Shown here piece after piece: positions 1-9,766 of a stretch of 64,000 nt of DNA. Below the pieces are notes generated by a model. The model did not search any database. It saw only the letters and a list, made by a program, of their open reading frames with translations, and was not told where the DNA came from. Made by a program: the position numbers and the translations under genes. Each line of letters starts with the position of its first letter. Positions within the stretch are counted from its first letter, which is position 1. The DNA comes from an uncultured Brachymonas sp. (GTDB taxonomy: Bacteria > Pseudomonadota > Gammaproteobacteria > Burkholderiales > Burkholderiaceae_C), in the NCBI GenBank assembly GCA_964618495.1, contig CAZUBE010000006.1, positions 2,727-66,726 on the forward strand, in the 5' to 3' direction.

Positions 1-2
1 AC

Positions 3-515
3 GTCTACACCAAGGCGCGCTATCCAAAGTTGCACAAGGCATGGGGCGATGCCGGGATGAAACGCATAAATGAGCTTAAGCCAAAAGCTGCGCTTGCTGT
101 GGCGGCGCACCAAAGCTGTGACCGCGTAGAAGTGATTGAAATTTCCGATTCCCGCAGCAGCCCTCCAAAGGAGGCAGTATTTTTTGTGGACTGCGCCAAC
201 AAAGAGCGCTTCTATGTGACAGAGGCTGAAATTGCCAGCGGCAAATCATCCGGCTCAGAGCGCGAAAAAATGGAGTCGCGGAGCGCAGGTGAATACCTCA
301 CAGAATGCGAAAACAGAATTAAGGCGCAACTCAAGAATCCATCTTCTTTTGATAGGGCTAGATCCGATACCGAGACTCGACTGGCTCGTACTGGTTCAAT
401 GATCGTTCGCTTCCAATTCACTGCCCAAAATGACTTTGGGGCCAAGTTGGACTCTTGGGCTGAATGTAGTTTTAGGAGCGATGGGCGGACAACCGCAACA
501 ATTGCTAGGCGCTAA
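3..515 (+). CDS. Hypothetical protein, 5'-truncated by the window edge (island/prophage cargo)
   Basis: Frame is open from position 3 (VYTKARYPKLHKAWGDAG...) to TAA at 513-515, followed by an intrinsic terminator. No family recognised with certainty. Confidence 0.7.
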   Translation, partial: VYTKARYPKLHKAWGDAGMKRINELKPKAALAVAAHQSCDRVEVIEISDSRSSPPKEAVFFVDCANKERFYVTEAEIASGKSSGSEREKMESRSAGEYLTECENRIKAQLKNPSSFDRARSDTETRLARTGSMIVRFQFTAQNDFGAKLDSWAECSFRSDGRTTATIARR

Positions 516-560
516 TCGCCGCTGGTGAAAAAGAAACGCCAGCAGGCGCAGGAATTAAAC

Positions 561-582
561 AAGGGGCTTCGGCCCCTTTTTT
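561..582 (+). terminator. Intrinsic terminator
   Basis: AAGGGG-CTTCGG-CCCCTT followed by a T run, downstream of the 3..515 ORF. Confidence 0.85.
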
Positions 583-661
583 ATAGCCACGATTTATTCC
601 CGATGTGGCCGCTTCCTGCACATCGGCGGGAAATTTTCGGAGTGCCTAAAAAGAGCGCCGC

Positions 662-702
662 CATGCGTTCCCTTTTTTATTGGCTGGGTTTGGGGCTGGG
701 TG
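662..702. repeat. Imperfect direct repeat, copy 1 (left of hicAB)
   Basis: CATGCGTTCCCTTTTTTATTGGC (662-684) + 6 nt + TGGGGCTGGGTG (691-702). Both blocks recur at 1405-1447. Confidence 0.9.
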
Positions 703-751
703 ATGCCCTCAATGCGCTATCATGTTTATTGCAAAGTGCTATCATTAAGCC

Positions 752-1006
752 ATGAACAACAAACACAGAAAAGCCCTGCAAGAGCTATTTACCGACCCCA
801 TCAATGGCGGCATGGAATGGGGGCGCATAGAGGCGCTATTGATTGGGCTAGGGTGTAGGGTAATAGAGGGCGCGGGTTCGTCGGTAACCTTTGAGCGCGA
901 TTCCATGCGGGCAACCTTTCACCGACCACACCCAAACAGGCAAGCCCTACGCTACCGCGTAAAGGCAGCCAGAGACTACATAGAGCGACTAGGAGAGCAA
1001 CCATGA
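752..1006 (+). CDS. hicA: HicA-family toxin (mRNA interferase)
   Basis: 84 aa with EG.GSSVTF...FHRPHP motif typical of HicA. ATGA overlap with the downstream HicB-like gene. Confidence 0.9.
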   Translation: MNNKHRKALQELFTDPINGGMEWGRIEALLIGLGCRVIEGAGSSVTFERDSMRATFHRPHPNRQALRYRVKAARDYIERLGEQP

Positions 1007-1362
1007 ATAACGCCACCAACAACACCATGCACTACAAAGGCTACACCGCCAGCATGAATTACGACGCAGAAGACATGCTCATAATCGGGCGCGTGCTAGA
1101 CATTGCAGACGTAATCACCTTTCACGGTGAATCAGTAGCAGAGTTTGAAAGCAGCTTTCATGCTGCAATAGATGATTACTTGGCAGCATGTGCGCAGCTA
1201 GGGCAAGCAGCAGACAAGCCAGCCAGTGGAAAGGTAATGCTACGCATAGCGCCAGAGATACACGCCGCCGCGCTCAAAGCCGCCGCGCGCAGTGGCACGA
1301 GCTTAAACAAATGGGCAGAGCAAGCCATAAGCACAGCCACCATGCAGCACCAGCACGCATAA
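1003..1362 (+). CDS. hicB: HicB-family antitoxin with C-terminal ribbon-helix-helix
   Basis: MHYKGY..., VITFHGESVAEFESSFHAAIDDYL, KPASGKVMLRIAPEIH...SLNKW are HicB hallmarks. Confidence 0.92.
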   Translation: MNNATNNTMHYKGYTASMNYDAEDMLIIGRVLDIADVITFHGESVAEFESSFHAAIDDYLAACAQLGQAADKPASGKVMLRIAPEIHAAALKAAARSGTSLNKWAEQAISTATMQHQHA

Positions 1363-1392
1363 AGCCAGCTTCACCACTGGCACGACATCGAG

Positions 1393-1421
1393 GGGAGCGC
1401 AGCGCATGCGTTCCCTTTTTT
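1393..1421 (+). terminator. Intrinsic terminator after hicB
   Basis: GGGAGCGCA...TGCGTTCCC stem followed by T6. Confidence 0.75.
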
Positions 1422-1447
1422 ATTGGCACATGTATTGGGGCTGGGTG
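1405..1447. repeat. Imperfect direct repeat, copy 2 (right of hicAB)
   Basis: CATGCGTTCCCTTTTTTATTGGC (1405-1427) + 8 nt + TGGGGCTGGGTG (1436-1447). Confidence 0.9.
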
Positions 1448-1828
1448 TATCTGCACCATGCCAGCACCGTGCTACTCTGATGCTTGCATGGGGCTTGCAG
1501 ATGTTTGGCAGCCAGACCATCAACCATGCCACTACAGCAGCACAGGCAGGCAATAGGGGGGGCTATAGGTACTCTTGGAGCAAACGGGCGTGAGGGTGAT
1601 TCGCCCCTCGTTGAAAATCTAGACACTGGTTTTTTGAATTGGTGAAATTTAACCAAGCAACGCAAACTGGTACGCAAAACGAGGTGCGCAAGCAGGTGCG
1701 CACAGAAACCCAGCCCCATGCCGTGACTTTTGCCAGTGGTTAAAAACAGGCAAAACAGGGGGGTACTTTTCAAAAACATGGCGGAAAACATGGCGCAATT
1801 TGACTTACTGCAACGCCACTACTTTATA

Positions 1829-1841
1829 AATCAACAGGTTA
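1829..1841 (+). promoter_or_regulatory. IHF-binding consensus next to the att site
   Basis: AATCAACAGGTTA matches WATCAANNNNTTR exactly and ends 10 bp upstream of the tRNA fragment. Confidence 0.65.
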
Positions 1842-1850
1842 AGTTGCAAA

Positions 1851-1873
1851 TTCGTTCCCAGTACCGCCCACCA
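1851..1873 (+). other. att site: duplicated 3' end of a tRNA (probably tRNA-Val)
   Basis: TTCGTTCCCAGTACCGCCCACCA = T-loop, 3' T-stem, 3' acceptor strand and CCA. The 5' half of the tRNA is absent. Matches my recollection of betaproteobacterial tRNA-Val 3' ends (TTCGATCCCAGTACCGCCCACCA) with one mismatch. Confidence 0.75.
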
Positions 1874-1889
1874 AAACAAAGCCACTTCT

Positions 1890-1923
1890 AAAAGACACCG
1901 ATCTACCTGACGGTGTCTTTTTT
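1890..1923. terminator. Bidirectional intrinsic terminator
   Basis: AAAAGACACCG-10 nt-CGGTGTCTTTTTT, between the att site and the convergent tesA. Confidence 0.85.
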
Positions 1924-1961
1924 ATTGGTCTCCCTTAACAAAACATTGCACCACTTCAGCC

Positions 1962-2669
1962 CTAGCGCAGCAGTCGCACAAGCTGCGGCCATGCGTTGGC
2001 AAGCAGCAGCGATTGCGCCTGTGCGTTGGGGTGGATGCGGTCGCTCTGGAACCATTTTTGGCTGTCGGGCACGTCGCCCACGCCTTTGAGTAAAAACGGC
2101 ACCAACGCTGTTTTTTTGGCTTTGGCTACTTCAACAAAGGTTTGTGCAAAGGCACGACTGTAGTCTGCGCCGTAGTTAGGAGGCACTTGCATACCTAGCA
2201 ACAGCACCTGTGTTCTGGCTTTTTGCGCCATGTCTGTAATGGCTGCAAGGTTGGCTTGGGTTTGCTGCAAGGGCAAGCCGCGCAGGGCATCGTTAGCGCC
2301 CAGTTCCACAATCAGCACTTGCGGCTGGTGTTGTGCCAGTAACTGTGCCAACCGCGCACGGCCGCCAGCGGTGGTGTCGCCACTGATGCTGGCATTGACA
2401 ACTTGCCAAGGGCGTTTTTCGGCATCAAGCTTTTTCTGCAGCAAAGCCACCCAGCCCGCTCCCCGTGCCATGCCATATTCAGCGCTGATAGAGTCGCCCA
2501 AAACCAATATCTTGCGCGGCGCTGAGGCACTGGCCGAAACAGGTGCCAATGCCAAACATAAAAGCATGCACACACCCAACACCACCCGCCACTGCCTCCA
2601 ACACCTTTGCGCGATCAGCCCTTGCTGCATTTTCTTTCTCCGAAAAAAGATTTTTAAATTCTTGCACAT
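1962..2669 (-). CDS. tesA: Arylesterase / acyl-CoA thioesterase I (SGNH/GDSL hydrolase); true start probably ~12 codons downstream
   Basis: GDSISA, NASISGDTTAGG, ELGANDALRG and DRIHPN blocks, plus an N-terminal signal peptide. Confidence 0.9.
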   Translation of the reverse strand: MCKNLKIFFRRKKMQQGLIAQRCWRQWRVVLGVCMLLCLALAPVSASASAPRKILVLGDSISAEYGMARGAGWVALLQKKLDAEKRPWQVVNASISGDTTAGGRARLAQLLAQHQPQVLIVELGANDALRGLPLQQTQANLAAITDMAQKARTQVLLLGMQVPPNYGADYSRAFAQTFVEVAKAKKTALVPFLLKGVGDVPDSQKWFQSDRIHPNAQAQSLLLANAWPQLVRLLR

Positions 2670-2815
2670 TCCACACAGACATAGCCGAGCTATAGCCAGA
2701 GCCTACAAATAATATGCCCCGCTTTTATGGGTTCTATTTACTGCCAATCCCCAATACACAAGAACCTGTTTTTTTATAGACTTATCAAACAGTTACGCTC
2801 ACTGTTGATAGATTC

Positions 2816-2845
2816 TTGCACAATACGCCCATGCTATGCTAAAAT
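2816..2845 (+). promoter_or_regulatory. Putative sigma70 promoter of rplU-rpmA
   Basis: TTGCAC-N18-TAAAAT with an extended -10 TG, about 60 bp upstream of the rplU ATG. Confidence 0.55.
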
Positions 2846-2904
2846 GCTTGGCTCTGTTTGAAATTCTTCAGCAGAGTCAATCATTTACGACGAGGTTTCT
2901 CATC

Positions 2905-3216
2905 ATGTACGCAGTCATAAAAACCGGAGGCAAGCAGTATCGCGTTGCCGCTGGCGACAAAATCAAGGTAGAACAGATTGCTGCGGACGAAGGTAAAGAG
3001 ATCACCATCGATCAGGTGCTGGCCATTGGTAATGGCGAAACCCTGACCGTGGGAACTCCCTTGGTGTCCGGCGCAACAGTAGTAGCCAAAGTGCTCACAC
3101 ACGGCAAGCACGACAAAGTGCACATTTTCAAAATGCGCCGTCGCAAGCATTATCAAAAACGTCAAGGGCATCGCCAGCTTTTCACCGAGCTGGAAATTGC
3201 TTCTATTAACGCCTGA
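2905..3216 (+). CDS. rplU: 50S ribosomal protein L21
   Basis: [14 protein letters not shown]...KRQGHRQ. Confidence 0.99.
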   Translation: MYAVIKTGGKQYRVAAGDKIKVEQIAADEGKEITIDQVLAIGNGETLTVGTPLVSGATVVAKVLTHGKHDKVHIFKMRRRKHYQKRQGHRQLFTELEIASINA

Positions 3217-3237
3217 AGGCTCTAGGGAGAGTAAACA

Positions 3238-3498
3238 ATGGCACAGAAAAAAGGCGGCGGCTCTACGCGAAACGGGCGAGATTCCAAGCCCAAAATGCTC
3301 GGCGTCAAAGCATTTGGCGGCGAACTCATCAGTGCTGGCTCCATCATCGTGCGCCAGCGCGGTACACGCTTTCACGCTGGCAACAACGTGGGCGTGGGCA
3401 AAGACCACACCTTGTTTGCTCTGGTTGACGGTCACGTCTCCTTCGGGCATCGCGGTGCGTTGAATCGCCACGTAGTTGATGTTACACCGGCTGCCTAA
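3238..3498 (+). CDS. rpmA: 50S ribosomal protein L27
   Basis: [16 protein letters not shown]...IIVRQRGT. Confidence 0.99.
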   Translation: MAQKKGGGSTRNGRDSKPKMLGVKAFGGELISAGSIIVRQRGTRFHAGNNVGVGKDHTLFALVDGHVSFGHRGALNRHVVDVTPAA

Positions 3499-3518
3499 GC
3501 CCTGTTGTATCACACCGC

Positions 3519-3549
3519 AAAGCCCCGATAATTCGGGGCTTTGTTTTTT
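3519..3549 (+). terminator. Intrinsic terminator after rpmA
   Basis: AAAGCCCCGA-TAAT-TCGGGGCTTT followed by a T run. Confidence 0.85.
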
Positions 3550-3581
3550 GGGCTGTATGGCTTATTGCCCCTATTTGTTAG

Positions 3582-4874
<1,293 letters not shown>

Positions 4875-4896
4875 CTCAAAATCGGCAAAGGCTTAA

Positions 4897-5058
4897 GGAA
4901 GCGCTGATTTATTGCAGTTTCGTATAAAAACGCAATCGCCCGTCATTCCCGCGTAGGCGGGAATCCACAGCTGCGCCAATATGCGGATGGATTCCCGCCT
5001 ACGCGGGAATGACGACTTTCTGATTTTTCTCTTGCATGAAGAATAAATCAACGCTTCC
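4897..5058 (+). mobile_element. MITE/REP-doublet element, copy A (complete)
   Basis: 17-bp TIRs GGAAGCGCTGATTTATT / AATAAATCAACGCTTCC, flanked by TTAA / CTAA. Internal inverted REP pair at 4941-4966 and 4989-5014 (CGTCATTCCCGCGTAGGCGGGAATCC). Confidence 0.88.
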
Positions 5059-5125
5059 CTAAACAGGCGCATTGATGCAGCATATCTGCATCATTCTTGC
5101 ACCTTGTTTGCGCCTTATGGCTACC

Positions 5126-5163
5126 AAAGTGGCATGCTCAAGAGCAGCATGCCACTTTTTTTT
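5126..5163 (+). terminator. Strong intrinsic terminator downstream of obgE
   Basis: 13-bp stem AAAGTGGCATGCT / AGCATGCCACTTT ending in a T8 run. Confidence 0.8.
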
Positions 5164-5217
5164 GTCATAGCATGCTTTCATCTGAAAAATCGCACTCTAT
5201 CAACAATAAATTTTGAT

Positions 5218-5773
5218 TTATGCACAGTGTTGATATCTTGCAGCAAAAGCATTTCAGACACTTTTCGAAGCTGTATCGGCATTTCAATATAGATCGCTAA
5301 CCCATTGATTATATTAATATTTCCATGATTACACAAATTTCGAAAGAGTTTCTAAGCCATTGATTTCAAAGCATTAGGATTCGCTCACTGTTTTTTTATT
5401 CACAAAGTTATGCACAGGCAGAAAAAACCTTTGTGCAAAGCGGGTTTAGCGTATCTTTCGCAAAAAAACTTCATAAATTAGCGGTAAAACGAATGCTTTT
5501 AAGTTAATTGGTACTCAATTTCGTGTCTTGTAGAGCAGATGCTGCGAGTAATTGGGTTCGCTTGAAAAAAACACTGCCATGCGTATACAAGACTCATGCC
5601 ATGACTCAACGGCATTGTCTGGCTATTGCCCCTGCATCAAGTACAAAAACAAGGTAAGTCATTGATTTTATTTGCTTTCACAAATCTGCCTCATTTATCG
5701 GCAGATTGTGCAAACCCTTGATTTTGCAGGCTTTAAAAACTTGTCAACGCAGTCATACACAAAGTTATCCACA
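5218..5773. promoter_or_regulatory. AT-rich non-coding cluster of IHF consensus sites and DnaA boxes
   Basis: Four co-oriented YAANNNNTTGATW matches (5298, 5353, 5655, 5711). DnaA boxes TTATGCACA (5218, 5408) and TTATCCACA (5765), plus one-mismatch TCATACACA (5753). Confidence 0.65.
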
Positions 5774-5824
5774 TGAATTGTGGCTAAAAATGCAAGTTGC
5801 TTTTTCAAGCCGCATGCTGCAAAT

Positions 5825-6493
5825 TCAGGGCGCTGTTTCGCTGGGCATGAGCCAGCGTTTCTGTGCGGCAAATACGGCATTGGGATACTGTGGCTGACCA
5901 CGTGAGCCGTTGTAGCGCCCCAGCGCCATGTACATATTGCCGTTTTCACGGTGCAGGTAGTGGCGCAAAATGCTGCAGCCAAAGCGCAGATTGGTTTGCA
6001 TGTGAAACAGCTTGCCCGCGTCGCCATCACCAATGACGCGCGCCCAAAATGGCATGACCTGCATCAGCCCGCGTGCGCCTGCGTAAGAAATAGCGTATTT
6101 GCGAAAGTTGCTCTCTACCTGTATGAGCCCAAGCACGAGCGATATTTCCAGCCCCGCGCGCGCGGCTTCGTACCAAACGGTTTGCAAAAACTCTTGCCTG
6201 CTGAGCTCATCTACCATGCGGTTGCCAATGCGCGCGCTCATGGTGGTGAGCCAATACTGGTATTCGCGCTGGCTTTTGGCATCGGTAAAGTGCGGTATGG
6301 GTGGCGCACTGTTGCTGATTGCTGCGCTCAGTGCGGTGCGCACCGAGTCCACCATATGCTCTTCTTTTTGTGCGCCCGCGTGGACGGGGCTGTGCAAGCT
6401 GCCCAATGCTGACCCCAGCAAGCCCATCAGGCTGCCAGAAGCTGCTACTCCACCTAAACTTTGCAATACATTGCGGCGACTGACAAAACGCAC
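5825..6493 (-). CDS. Lytic transglycosylase (SLT domain) with twin-arginine-like leader
   Basis: LIQVESNF, GARGLMQVMP, NLRFGC and ALGRYNGS motifs. N-terminal SRRNVL. Confidence 0.92.
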   Translation of the reverse strand: MRFVSRRNVLQSLGGVAASGSLMGLLGSALGSLHSPVHAGAQKEEHMVDSVRTALSAAISNSAPPIPHFTDAKSQREYQYWLTTMSARIGNRMVDELSRQEFLQTVWYEAARAGLEISLVLGLIQVESNFRKYAISYAGARGLMQVMPFWARVIGDGDAGKLFHMQTNLRFGCSILRHYLHRENGNMYMALGRYNGSRGQPQYPNAVFAAQKRWLMPSETAP

Positions 6494-6507
6494 GGCTACA
6501 ACCCTCC

Positions 6508-8253
6508 TTATAGTTTGACTTGTGTTTGAACGAAGCTGGCAATATCGGCCAGAGCGATTTTTTGCGCTTCACCTGCGCGGCGGTGCAGGTATTCGCACTC
6601 GTCGGCGGCAATGCCTTTGTCTGAAAACACCACGCGGTGCGGCACGCCGATTAGCTCCCAGTCGGCAAACATCACGCCAGGGCGCTCGCCACGGTCGTCA
6701 AGCATGACATCCACACCTGCAGCCAGCAAGGTTTCGTACAGGCGCAAGGCTTCGGTTTTAACGACTTCGCTGCGCTCCATGCCGATGGGGCAAATCACCA
6801 CGGTAAACGGCGCAATGGCATCAGGCCAAATCATGCCGCGCTCGTCGTGGTTTTGCTCAATGGCGGCAGCGGGCAGGCGCGATACGCCGATGCCATAGCA
6901 CCCCATCTCGAAGAACTGGCTCTTGCCGTTGGCATCCAAAAAAGTAGCGTTCATAATTTGGCTGTATTTGGTGCCGAGGTAAAACACATGCCCCACCTCA
7001 ATGCCGCGCTCAACCGCCAGCGTGCCGTTGCCGCAGGGTGACAAGTCGCCATCAACCACGTTGCGCAAGTCTGCCACCAGTTGCGGCTCGGGCAAGTCGC
7101 GCGACCAGTTTACGCCTGTGATGTGAGCGTCTGCTTCGTTGGCTCCGCACACCCAGTCTGCCATCAGCACCACTTCGCGGTCTGCCACCACGGTAACGGG
7201 CTTGCGGGTATTTACAGGCCCCAAATAGCCAGGCTTGGTGCCAAAGTGAGCCAGCACTTCTTCTTCGGTGGCAAAGCGAAAGCCCTTTTCAAACCCGGGC
7301 AATTTGCCGACCTTGACTTCGTTCATATCGCGGTCGCCACGCAGCAGCAGCAGCCAGATATGGCTTTCCACCACAGCGCCTTGCTCGTTGCATTCATCCG
7401 TTGCCAGCACCAGCGATTTAACGGTGTTTTGCAGCGGCAGCTTGAGAAAAGCGGCAACATCGGCGCAGGTGCTTTGCCCGGGCGTAGGCACAACTTGCAT
7501 GGCTTGCGAAGCGGCTGGGCGTGTGTGAGTGGGCGCTTGCGCTTCGGCTTTTTCCATATTGGCGGCATAGCTGCTTTGGGGGCAATACACAATGGCATCT
7601 TCACCCGTAGCGGCAATAACCTGAAACTCCTCGCTCAAATCGCCACCAATTGCGCCGCTGTCAGCCGCTACAGCGCGGTAGTTCAGACCAAAACGGTCAA
7701 AAATGCAGCGGTATGCCTGCGCCATGTTTTGGTAGCTGAGCTGGGCGCTGGCAGCGTCTTTGTCAAAGCTGTAGGCGTCTTTCATGATGAACTCGCGCCC
7801 ACGCATCAGGCCAAAACGGGGGCGGCGTTCGTCGCGGAATTTGGTTTGAATCTGATAAAAGTTTTTAGGCAACTGCTTGTAGCTGCGCAAATCTTGCCGC
7901 GCAATGTCAGTAACCACTTCTTCGCTGGTGGGCTGAATTACGAACTGGTTTTCGTGGCGGTCTTGAATACGCAGCAGCTCGGGGCCCATTTTCTCGAAGC
8001 GCCCTGTTTCCTGCCACAACTCGGCAGGCTGCACGATGGGCATGGTGCATTCAATCGCGCCCGCGCGGTTCATCTCCTCGCGCACAATGGCTTCAACCTT
8101 GCGAATCACGCGCAAGCCCATAGGCATATAAGTGTAAATACCTGCGCCCAAACGCTTGATAAAACCAGCGCGCATCATCAGTTGGTGGCTAACGACTTCG
8201 GCATCGGCAGGCGCATCGCGCAGGGTGGTGAAGTGAAATTGAGAAGCTTTCAT
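6508..8253 (-). CDS. proS: Proline--tRNA ligase
   Basis: MKASQF..., [25 protein letters not shown], insertion editing domain, GIEVGHVF and MGCYGIG. Confidence 0.99.
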   Translation of the reverse strand: MKASQFHFTTLRDAPADAEVVSHQLMMRAGFIKRLGAGIYTYMPMGLRVIRKVEAIVREEMNRAGAIECTMPIVQPAELWQETGRFEKMGPELLRIQDRHENQFVIQPTSEEVVTDIARQDLRSYKQLPKNFYQIQTKFRDERRPRFGLMRGREFIMKDAYSFDKDAASAQLSYQNMAQAYRCIFDRFGLNYRAVAADSGAIGGDLSEEFQVIAATGEDAIVYCPQSSYAANMEKAEAQAPTHTRPAASQAMQVVPTPGQSTCADVAAFLKLPLQNTVKSLVLATDECNEQGAVVESHIWLLLLRGDRDMNEVKVGKLPGFEKGFRFATEEEVLAHFGTKPGYLGPVNTRKPVTVVADREVVLMADWVCGANEADAHITGVNWSRDLPEPQLVADLRNVVDGDLSPCGNGTLAVERGIEVGHVFYLGTKYSQIMNATFLDANGKSQFFEMGCYGIGVSRLPAAAIEQNHDERGMIWPDAIAPFTVVICPIGMERSEVVKTEALRLYETLLAAGVDVMLDDRGERPGVMFADWELIGVPHRVVFSDKGIAADECEYLHRRAGEAQKIALADIASFVQTQVKL

Positions 8254-8388
8254 GGCAGTATCTGGGTAAGAATGAAGAAATCGTGCGCTGCACTTTGTAC
8301 AGGCAATAACAGGAATGTAGCCATATTTTCCTTGATATCGGCGCGTTGCCGTGCATAATGCACATAATTCAAGAATCTGGAGTTAATC

Positions 8389-9051
8389 ATGCTGGACCAA
8401 GAGGGCTTTCGCCCCAACGTCGGCATCATTTTGCTCAACCGTAAGAATCAGGTCTTCTGGGGCAAGCGTATCCGTACGCATAGCTGGCAGTTTCCACAAG
8501 GAGGCATAGACAGGGGCGAATCGCCTGAACAGGCTATGTTTCGCGAGCTGCACGAAGAAGTTGGTCTGCAACCGCACCATGTGCGCATTGTGGCCAGAAC
8601 CCGTGATTGGTTGCGCTATGAGGTGCCCGACCGCTACATTCGCCGCGACGCGCGCGGCCACTACAAAGGCCAAAAACAAATCTGGTACTTGCTGCAAATG
8701 CTGGGGCAAGACTGGGATTTGAACCTGCGCGCCACCAACCACCCCGAGTTTGACGCTTGGCGCTGGAACGACTACTGGGTGCCGCTAGACGTAGTCATCG
8801 AATTCAAACGCGGCGTGTACGAAATGGCGCTCACCGAGCTGGCGCGCTACGTGCCACGCCACGAATCGCGCAACCGCTACCTGCGCGCCAACCACAAAGG
8901 GCGCGAGCGCAACATGGAGCAAGAGCGCGAACCGTTTAGCCAACAGCTTTATGTGCCCAATGCCTTGCCACAAACGGCGCAGGCAGCTCCCCAGCTATTT
9001 GTGCCAGCAACGGCATTGCACTGCCCTTTGACTAAGGAAGAGCCCAAATGA
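8389..9051 (+). CDS. rppH: RNA pyrophosphohydrolase (Nudix) with C-terminal extension
   Basis: [24 protein letters not shown] and Nudix box RELHEEVG. Confidence 0.97.
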   Translation: MLDQEGFRPNVGIILLNRKNQVFWGKRIRTHSWQFPQGGIDRGESPEQAMFRELHEEVGLQPHHVRIVARTRDWLRYEVPDRYIRRDARGHYKGQKQIWYLLQMLGQDWDLNLRATNHPEFDAWRWNDYWVPLDVVIEFKRGVYEMALTELARYVPRHESRNRYLRANHKGRERNMEQEREPFSQQLYVPNALPQTAQAAPQLFVPATALHCPLTKEEPK

Positions 9052-9581
9052 CATCTTTGCCAAACTGGCCGCGCCATGCTGTGCTTTGTCTGTCTAGCTG
9101 CTTGCTTGCAAGCGCAGCGCATGCACAACTGTTTTCAGACGCTGATACCCACTGGCGCGAAGGCGAAGTGCCCCAGCCCCCAGCCCTGAGCAGCAAAAAC
9201 ATGGTGCAGATCGACATGCCCTCTTACTCCGACTTGTTGGTAGGCGTGGATGTAGATAGCGTAAACGTTACCCCAAACGATGGCGTGGTGCGCTACGTTA
9301 CCGTGCTGCAAGGCGCTGATGGCTCGCTTTCGGCCTACTACCAAGGCGTGCATTGCGCCAACTACACGGGCCGCACTTACGCCCGCTACCGTTTTGATGC
9401 AAACCCGCCCGCATGGGAAAACATTGATGCCGAATGGCAAGAGTTGCGTGGAAGCAAAGCACGCTACGCCAATGCAGCCGCCCGTGCAGGCGCCTGCGAA
9501 AACTTTGTGCCCGCCAGCGACACCGCTACAGCCAAGCGCAACTACGCCAAAAACAGCAAGTGGACGGGCAAGCGGTTTTAA
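9048..9581 (+). CDS. CNP1-like family exported protein
   Basis: Signal peptide, W.E..VP.PP and DGVVRYV...G...YQGVHC pattern. ATGA-coupled to rppH, the usual Burkholderiales neighbour. Confidence 0.8.
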   Translation: MTSLPNWPRHAVLCLSSCLLASAAHAQLFSDADTHWREGEVPQPPALSSKNMVQIDMPSYSDLLVGVDVDSVNVTPNDGVVRYVTVLQGADGSLSAYYQGVHCANYTGRTYARYRFDANPPAWENIDAEWQELRGSKARYANAAARAGACENFVPASDTATAKRNYAKNSKWTGKRF

Positions 9582-9583
9582 GC
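9495..9583 (+). repeat. 89-bp direct repeat, copy 1 (3' end of the CNP1-like gene)
   Basis: Identical to 10460-10548 at 88 of 89 positions (G9566 vs A10531). Confidence 0.97.
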
Positions 9584-9766
9584 TGCACCAACCTGAGACG
9601 CAGAGCCCCTGGCAATAAGTAGGAAAGAGTTCCAAACAGTCAGGATGCGCTACATATCAACTATACCAAATATGCCTAAAAGGTAATTTCAAGGCTTCCA
9701 TAGGGAGGCTTGAAAAATTTTAGTTACACACCAGAAAACACAAATTCAAACTATTTGGAGTTAAAC

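Larger units (their letters stand above)
1..1873. mobile_element. Right-hand end of an integrated prophage/genomic island (left part outside window), ending at a tRNA-3'-end att site
   Basis: Ends in a tRNA 3' fragment (1851-1873) preceded by an IHF consensus site and short direct repeats. Carries a hypothetical gene, a cUUCGg terminator and a hicAB toxin-antitoxin pair. No integrase in the window. Confidence 0.7.

Noticed and set aside
525-755. 76-aa ORF upstream of hicA
   Set aside because: Spans a terminator, hairpins and the repeat; no coding signature.
1188-1791. Short ORFs between hicB and the att site
   Set aside because: They overlap in several frames, cross a terminator and att-associated repeats, and show no recognisable domain or integrase remnant.
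1851-1873. A complete tRNA gene
   Set aside because: Only the T-loop to CCA is present. Upstream bases cannot form the D arm, anticodon arm or 5' acceptor strand.
4941-5014. Repeat-spacer-repeat units as a CRISPR array
   Set aside because: The repeats are inverted pairs, not tandem direct repeats. The spacers of different copies are homologous to one another, copies are dispersed, and no cas genes are present.
5104-5292. 62-aa ORF in the obgE-slt gap
   Set aside because: TTG start without RBS, runs through a terminator hairpin, and has no recognisable motif.
5218-5773. Chromosomal oriC
   Set aside because: No dnaA/dnaN/gidA nearby, only 3-4 DnaA boxes, no obvious DUE repeats, and I could not see a skew switch. 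Kept only as a datA/DARS-like candidate.
7081-8358. 425-aa plus-strand ORF
   Set aside because: Antisense shadow of proS.
9643-9652. GGATGCGCTA identical to the outer end of copy C (11527-11536)
   Set aside because: A 10-bp match with no further arm similarity; compatible with chance.
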